64,000 nt of DNA from NCBI GenBank assembly GCA_965637545.1, contig OZ281497.1, forward strand, positions 6,634,001 to 6,698,000. The letters are read 5' to 3'. Within the stretch, counting starts at the first letter, position 1; each line of letters begins with the position of its first letter. The DNA is from Phallusia mammillata (taxonomy: Eukaryota). The notes beneath the pieces are model-generated. The model made no database searches. It was not told the origin of the DNA and saw nothing but the letters and a program-made list of their open reading frames with translations. Of the stretch, positions 59,616-64,000 are shown one piece after another. Both the position numbers and the translations under genes were made by a program.

Positions 59616-59705
59616 TTAGGTCGATTAAATACATTGTTTCGAAAATGTTTTCATCTGTGTCTTAGTTGTGTTCAGTTATTAGGTCGAGTAAATACATTGT
59701 TTCGA
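59616..59705. repeat. Imperfect direct repeat
   Basis: ttaggtcga(t/g)taaatacattgtttcga twice, about 63 bp apart. Confidence 0.7.
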
Positions 59706-60079
59706 TTTTTCTTGGGGTATTGGTTCTATGTTCTTTGTAACAATTAAAGAACGCAAAGTCATTTCCAGACCCATTCTGTTGGCACTTTGTTACCATTTTT
59801 GCGATAAAAACCTTTGTTCCTAAGTTGATCAAAAAAGTTGGGCATCAAACTTACCCGAGGAACTTTCTAATCGCAAATCAAGCCCCAGTGATATCTCTCT
59901 TGCTACTTGAACGCCTTGTATCAACCCTTAAACAGGAGATGACGATTGGTTTACCAGTGCCACGACAACTTGTCAATAGATTAGGGATCAAAGCAACCGG
60001 CACAAGGTAACGATAATATTGCGGCATAGATTAGTGAAGTACGCTCGACGCTTGTCAACGTTCGTTCAAAGCGCGGCTT

Positions 60080-60300
60080 CCAGATCACGTGTCAACATGT
60101 GTGTTTAATGCGCTTAGCAGAAAGGCGCGCTAGTTGCTTCATCTTTGCTGCGTGATTGGTTAGATCTGAGCCCATCAACGAGCTTACGCCTTGGCGGTGT
60201 GGTTGTATAAGGGATGACATAATTTCACGCACGGGTCAAGCTTATGACAATGTAAGCGTTGTTTTGTTGTCTACCAATGTTCAGAATGATGACGTCACAA
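60080..60300 (+). promoter_or_regulatory. Promoter-like CpG-rich patch
   Basis: CACGTG near 60087, inverted CCAAT (GATTGG) near 60155, TATAAG near 60206, donor AAT|GTAAGC near 60251, CRE TGACGTCA 60290-60297. Confidence 0.35.
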
Positions 60301-60639
60301 ATTAATGGAAATTTTTCGTGTATCCTAAAATTTTATTTGTGGAAATTTATGTTGTAACGGCTATTATTTTCCAATTTCGATATAAGGCTCTATACTCAGG
60401 CGGCTTTAGGGCTTCGTTTATTCTCAACGGTAATACAAATAAATGGAACGAATCAACCTTCAGTTTCACACAGTGAAGTTAAAACCTAATCATGAAACTG
60501 ATTTAAACTATTTTTCTTTATCATTTTATCAAGTCGTGTTATAAAATCTTTGTAAACAAACATTTTTGTAACAAAGAAAAGGTCTAGGACCAAAAATCAC
60601 CCCAAAAATTATTCGCATAAAATTAGCGGTGAAAAAATA

Positions 60640-61140
60640 AAATGTCCGCCTTAACTCGTTCCAACATTTTGAAAAGTGTGTAACAAACTTTTGCAAGGTT
60701 GCAGATCAACTTTGCGCAATCATGAGCAAATATTGGGCAATTCCAGTTACTCAGTGTGAAAACTAATGTTTCCGTGTTGTGACAATTTGTTTTCCACCCA
60801 GGAGGCTTAGTGGTTGCGACAAAACAGCTTCGAAATGCTTGTGAAATCACTTCAAATGTGTTTGCGATGTTGTCAACACGATTACGCAGTGAGGCTATAT
60901 CTATGTATTTCGGGAACACAAGAGGTTCTGTACCACAGGAATTGCAACGAATGATGTTTATAAATTACGGTGATGAATAGTTGAAAAATACATGACGTTA
61001 TATCAAGACTTCGGACCATATTCGGACAAACAGAACATTAGAGCTGTTCTACGACCAAGAAATTTCTGTACAAATACATTAGGGTGATTTTGCGTTGTTT
61101 GTTGAGAAAGGTCGTTTGCGTAATATCCTTTGGCAATGAT
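60640..61140 (+). pseudogene. Possible decayed coding sequence of unknown family
   Basis: Protein-like segments in successive frames separated by stops and frameshifts (GGLVVATKQLRNACEITSNVFAMLSTRLRSEAISMYFGNTRGSVPQELQRMMFINYGDE* / MTLYQDFGPYSDK / LELFYDQEISVQIH*GDFALFVEKGRLRNILWQ). Confidence 0.3.
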
Positions 61141-62207
61141 CAAAAAGTGCCCATTTTTTTATTTGGATACGCATCATAAATAATTTGTATTGCGGTTTAA
61201 TACAGCGATTCGCACATAAGGCGGGTATGTGGCATCATATTCTAATAAAGTTGATATACTTTGCCAATAAACTCTTTTTGAACTTAATTTAAACACTGTC
61301 TAAACTGTTCTCTAAATCAATCAAAGAAGGACAAAAATCCATATTTGTTCGAAAATACAACTTTCCTGGGTTAAAATAAAGTGTACACGTTTACCAAGCC
61401 CTGTCTAACTTTTCAACTACTATTATGCGTTTCACCGTTCGACCAACAAAACATTTCCGTTTTACTCAACATTCGCCATTAAATCTGGAAATAACATCGG
61501 CGTAACCGCGGCCCCGGTCTGGTGCCAACGCAGGATTCGGACGCCGGGCACGCCCAGCGGAACCGTCGGCGCCAGGGAACGCTCTTGGGCCCAACGTCGG
61601 CGCACGCGAGGCTGGATTCTTAATAGTTGGTCATGCGAGTTTTATAACCCATGATCCGGTCGGAGGCTAAAAACAAACATGGGTGAAACATGGGCATAAA
61701 CCATGACTGGGGGTTGACTTGGAGCAGTGACGTTTGCGTGTCGTCAACATGGAGATGATTTTTGTAGTTGGCGCATGGCTTCAAATGCGTCTGGAGTTGC
61801 TATTTTGGATGGAGTCGATTTTTGATTGATGTGAGCGGGTTTCGAGGGATTTCGATATTCTGGGAGACTTAATTTAAGGATATGGCCGGAAAAGGATGAT
61901 TAGGTTTTGTAACAAAGTAATGGCCTTAAATTATTTTCCATTTAAAAATTGTAATCTCTATATATGATTTTTGCATGATTTTTTTGTGTTAGATTTTATT
62001 TGCCAAAGCATATATCGTTGTAGTGTTTGAAGTGTAAGGCATAAGGCTTGGTGATTAAAATTGCAAGGATTTTGCAGGGCGACATTTCTTATCTTTAGAC
62101 TGTTGTCATTAATCTTAACTACATTAAATACAAAAAGTGTACACTTAAAAGTTATTGCATCAAAATTAACTTTTTTCTAAATTATTTTTTTTGTGTGTTT
62201 GTTACAG

Positions 62208-62387
62208 ATTTTTTTTGGAAACACAGAAATCCACTTTGAGAGAAAAGCCAAAGACAAGAAAAGCAAAATCTCAAGCTGTTATGAGCTCAGCGATGGCGTC
62301 ATGCCATTCTTGTATGGACAACAGAGAGGGCTTGCTGTTTTTGATAACTTTGAAGGAGCCCGTGAATTTACACACGGCAAGCCAAAG
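62208..62387 (+). CDS. Isolated phase-0/0 coding-like exon (60 codons), gene unidentified
   Basis: Strong acceptor ttttttttgtgtgtttgttacAG, donor AAG|GTGACG, open in-frame IFFGNTEIHFERKAKDKKSKISSCYELSDGVMPFLYGQQRGLAVFDNFEGAREFTHGKPK; partner exons not established. Confidence 0.45.
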
Positions 62388-64000
62388 GTGACGTTATTGT
62401 GTTTTGGAAGCAAAGGCTTAAATTAAACCAGCCGAAATTCCCTAAAACCACTTTGGTTGTGACAACATACTCACTCAGTGCGTCCCAGGTGAAAATCTTA
62501 CGTCTGTTTTGATATTAAGGCTCACTGTCTCTATTTATATCGTTCCAAAGGTTGGCAAGCGTCCCGGTATACTTAGAACTTCGGTTTGGTGTGACTATAA
62601 AGGACTGTCTTTCCGTTTTATTGTTTACTGAAAACGTAAAATCAAAATTAGGCCCCACAAACAAAGTTGTTTTGATAGATTAAATAAAGTCCTTGTTGCC
62701 AAATTGTACACCTCTGTAGTAATTTTTTTTTACTTATTTGAAACATTGTGCGATAGCTAATGGTAAGTTGTTACACCCATTAATGTTCACGCAAAAGTGT
62801 ACATGCTTACACCTGATTTACAAAACTAGGACTAAATCCGCAAATATTGGCATATTTGGTGTAGTGCCGTGAATACAAAAAGTTGAAAAACTGAATAGGT
62901 TTGAAAGCTACATAACTGATACTCGTTGTGTTTAGAGGCCTAAGTATTACCTAAAAAACAAAATCTTAACAAAAATAGTGGCAAAAGGTTGTAGTGTCAC
63001 AAAGATTCATAAATAAAAACTGATGTTGGAAACTAAGTGTTAGGCTTAAGGACAAGAACATTGTTGGTTTAAAACCAAATGTAGTTGTGTGCTGAATACT
63101 GTGCCGTAATAATGTTTTACGTTACTACCAAGGTAATATCAACCAATGCGTCGACTTCCCGCAAGGTTTTAGCTGTTTCTACTGTAAACGAATTATCTTG
63201 TCTAGCAATGACAGACTGTTAAATCGGAATAGGATAAATGTAACCACCACTCCGAATGTCTGAAGTGGTTCATTTGGCTACGATGGGTCGACAGCTGGTC
63301 CCAAGTAATAAAGCACTCCCCTACTCCCTTTGTAATAAACATTTATCTCCTGAGAGTGCCCCCTTCCTGTAAAGCACCCACCTGTGCCTCTCAAAATGCC
63401 GCCATCTTGGTAGACACACAAAACATTCGGTCAATGCATCACGAGTACAAAATGTCGACCAAATGATGGGCGTACGTTCAAGCTCTGAACATGGCGAAGG
63501 TTTACGAGCGGTATGAGAAAGCCAAGGTATTTGCACCTGGGCTTAGTGAGCCGTTTCCCTATCAGTCCGCTGTCTAAATATTGCCTCTCATTATTGTTGT
63601 TGGTGTTGTTTTGGCCATAACAACTGGTTGGTGTGAATTTTGGCTGTTGTTTGCGCTGCGTCACCGGAGCGCAAAGCGTTGAGATGCCGAAGTAACTGAG
63701 GTAAACGTACTGTTACTAGATTCGACGTATGATTAAAGTTAAAACAGCTCAAAGTAGCGAAAAGAGCTAGGCTTACGGATTTTTACAATAAAACATTCAA
63801 ACTGACTGTTCATGTTCGAAATTTAATGACCAGCATTCCCTTTGTAGACCAAACCAAAAATATATACTGATTTGCACTAAAGCACAGACAACGATGGAAC
63901 ATAGCTCAAAAGTTGAAACAAAATCGATACTGCACTTGTGGTTTTGCAATAGAAAATTCATTCACATAACGAAAATTGAGATTAAAAATTGCTTGGAGAA

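Overview
AT-rich, compact-intron invertebrate-chordate DNA, most likely an ascidian (tunicate). This is inferred from a Tyrp1/2 pro-orthologue, a two-exon FoxD starting MTVQ and short introns. I reconstructed six spliced protein-coding genes by hand, with phases consistent at all joined junctions: (1) an SLC2A8/GLUT8-like sugar transporter (minus, 11 coding exons, one GC-AG intron); (2) a tyrosinase-related protein TYRP1/2 (plus, 8 exons); (3) a short BRCA2-like gene (minus, 3 coding exons, about 801 aa) with the PALB2-binding motif and 3-4 BRC repeats but no DNA-binding domain; (4) an about 1031-aa multi-C2H2 zinc-finger gene (plus, 18 coding exons) head-to-head with it; (5) an unrecognised, disordered acidic protein (minus, about 743 aa) ending in polybasic + CSCCVVM CaaX and containing an FFAT-like motif; (6) FoxD (minus, 2 exons, about 688 aa) with long CpG-rich flanks carrying TCF and GATA motif clusters. 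Introns hold many non-autonomous hAT elements with 8-bp TSDs, two CORE-type SINE relics and a rearranged repeat family with an internal tRNA-like cloverleaf. The strongest leads are the DBD-less BRCA2, a 96-bp copy of its coding sequence inside the Tyrp intron, the CaaX+FFAT protein, and the permuted tRNA-containing repeat. All family assignments were made by eye from motifs; no database searches were run.
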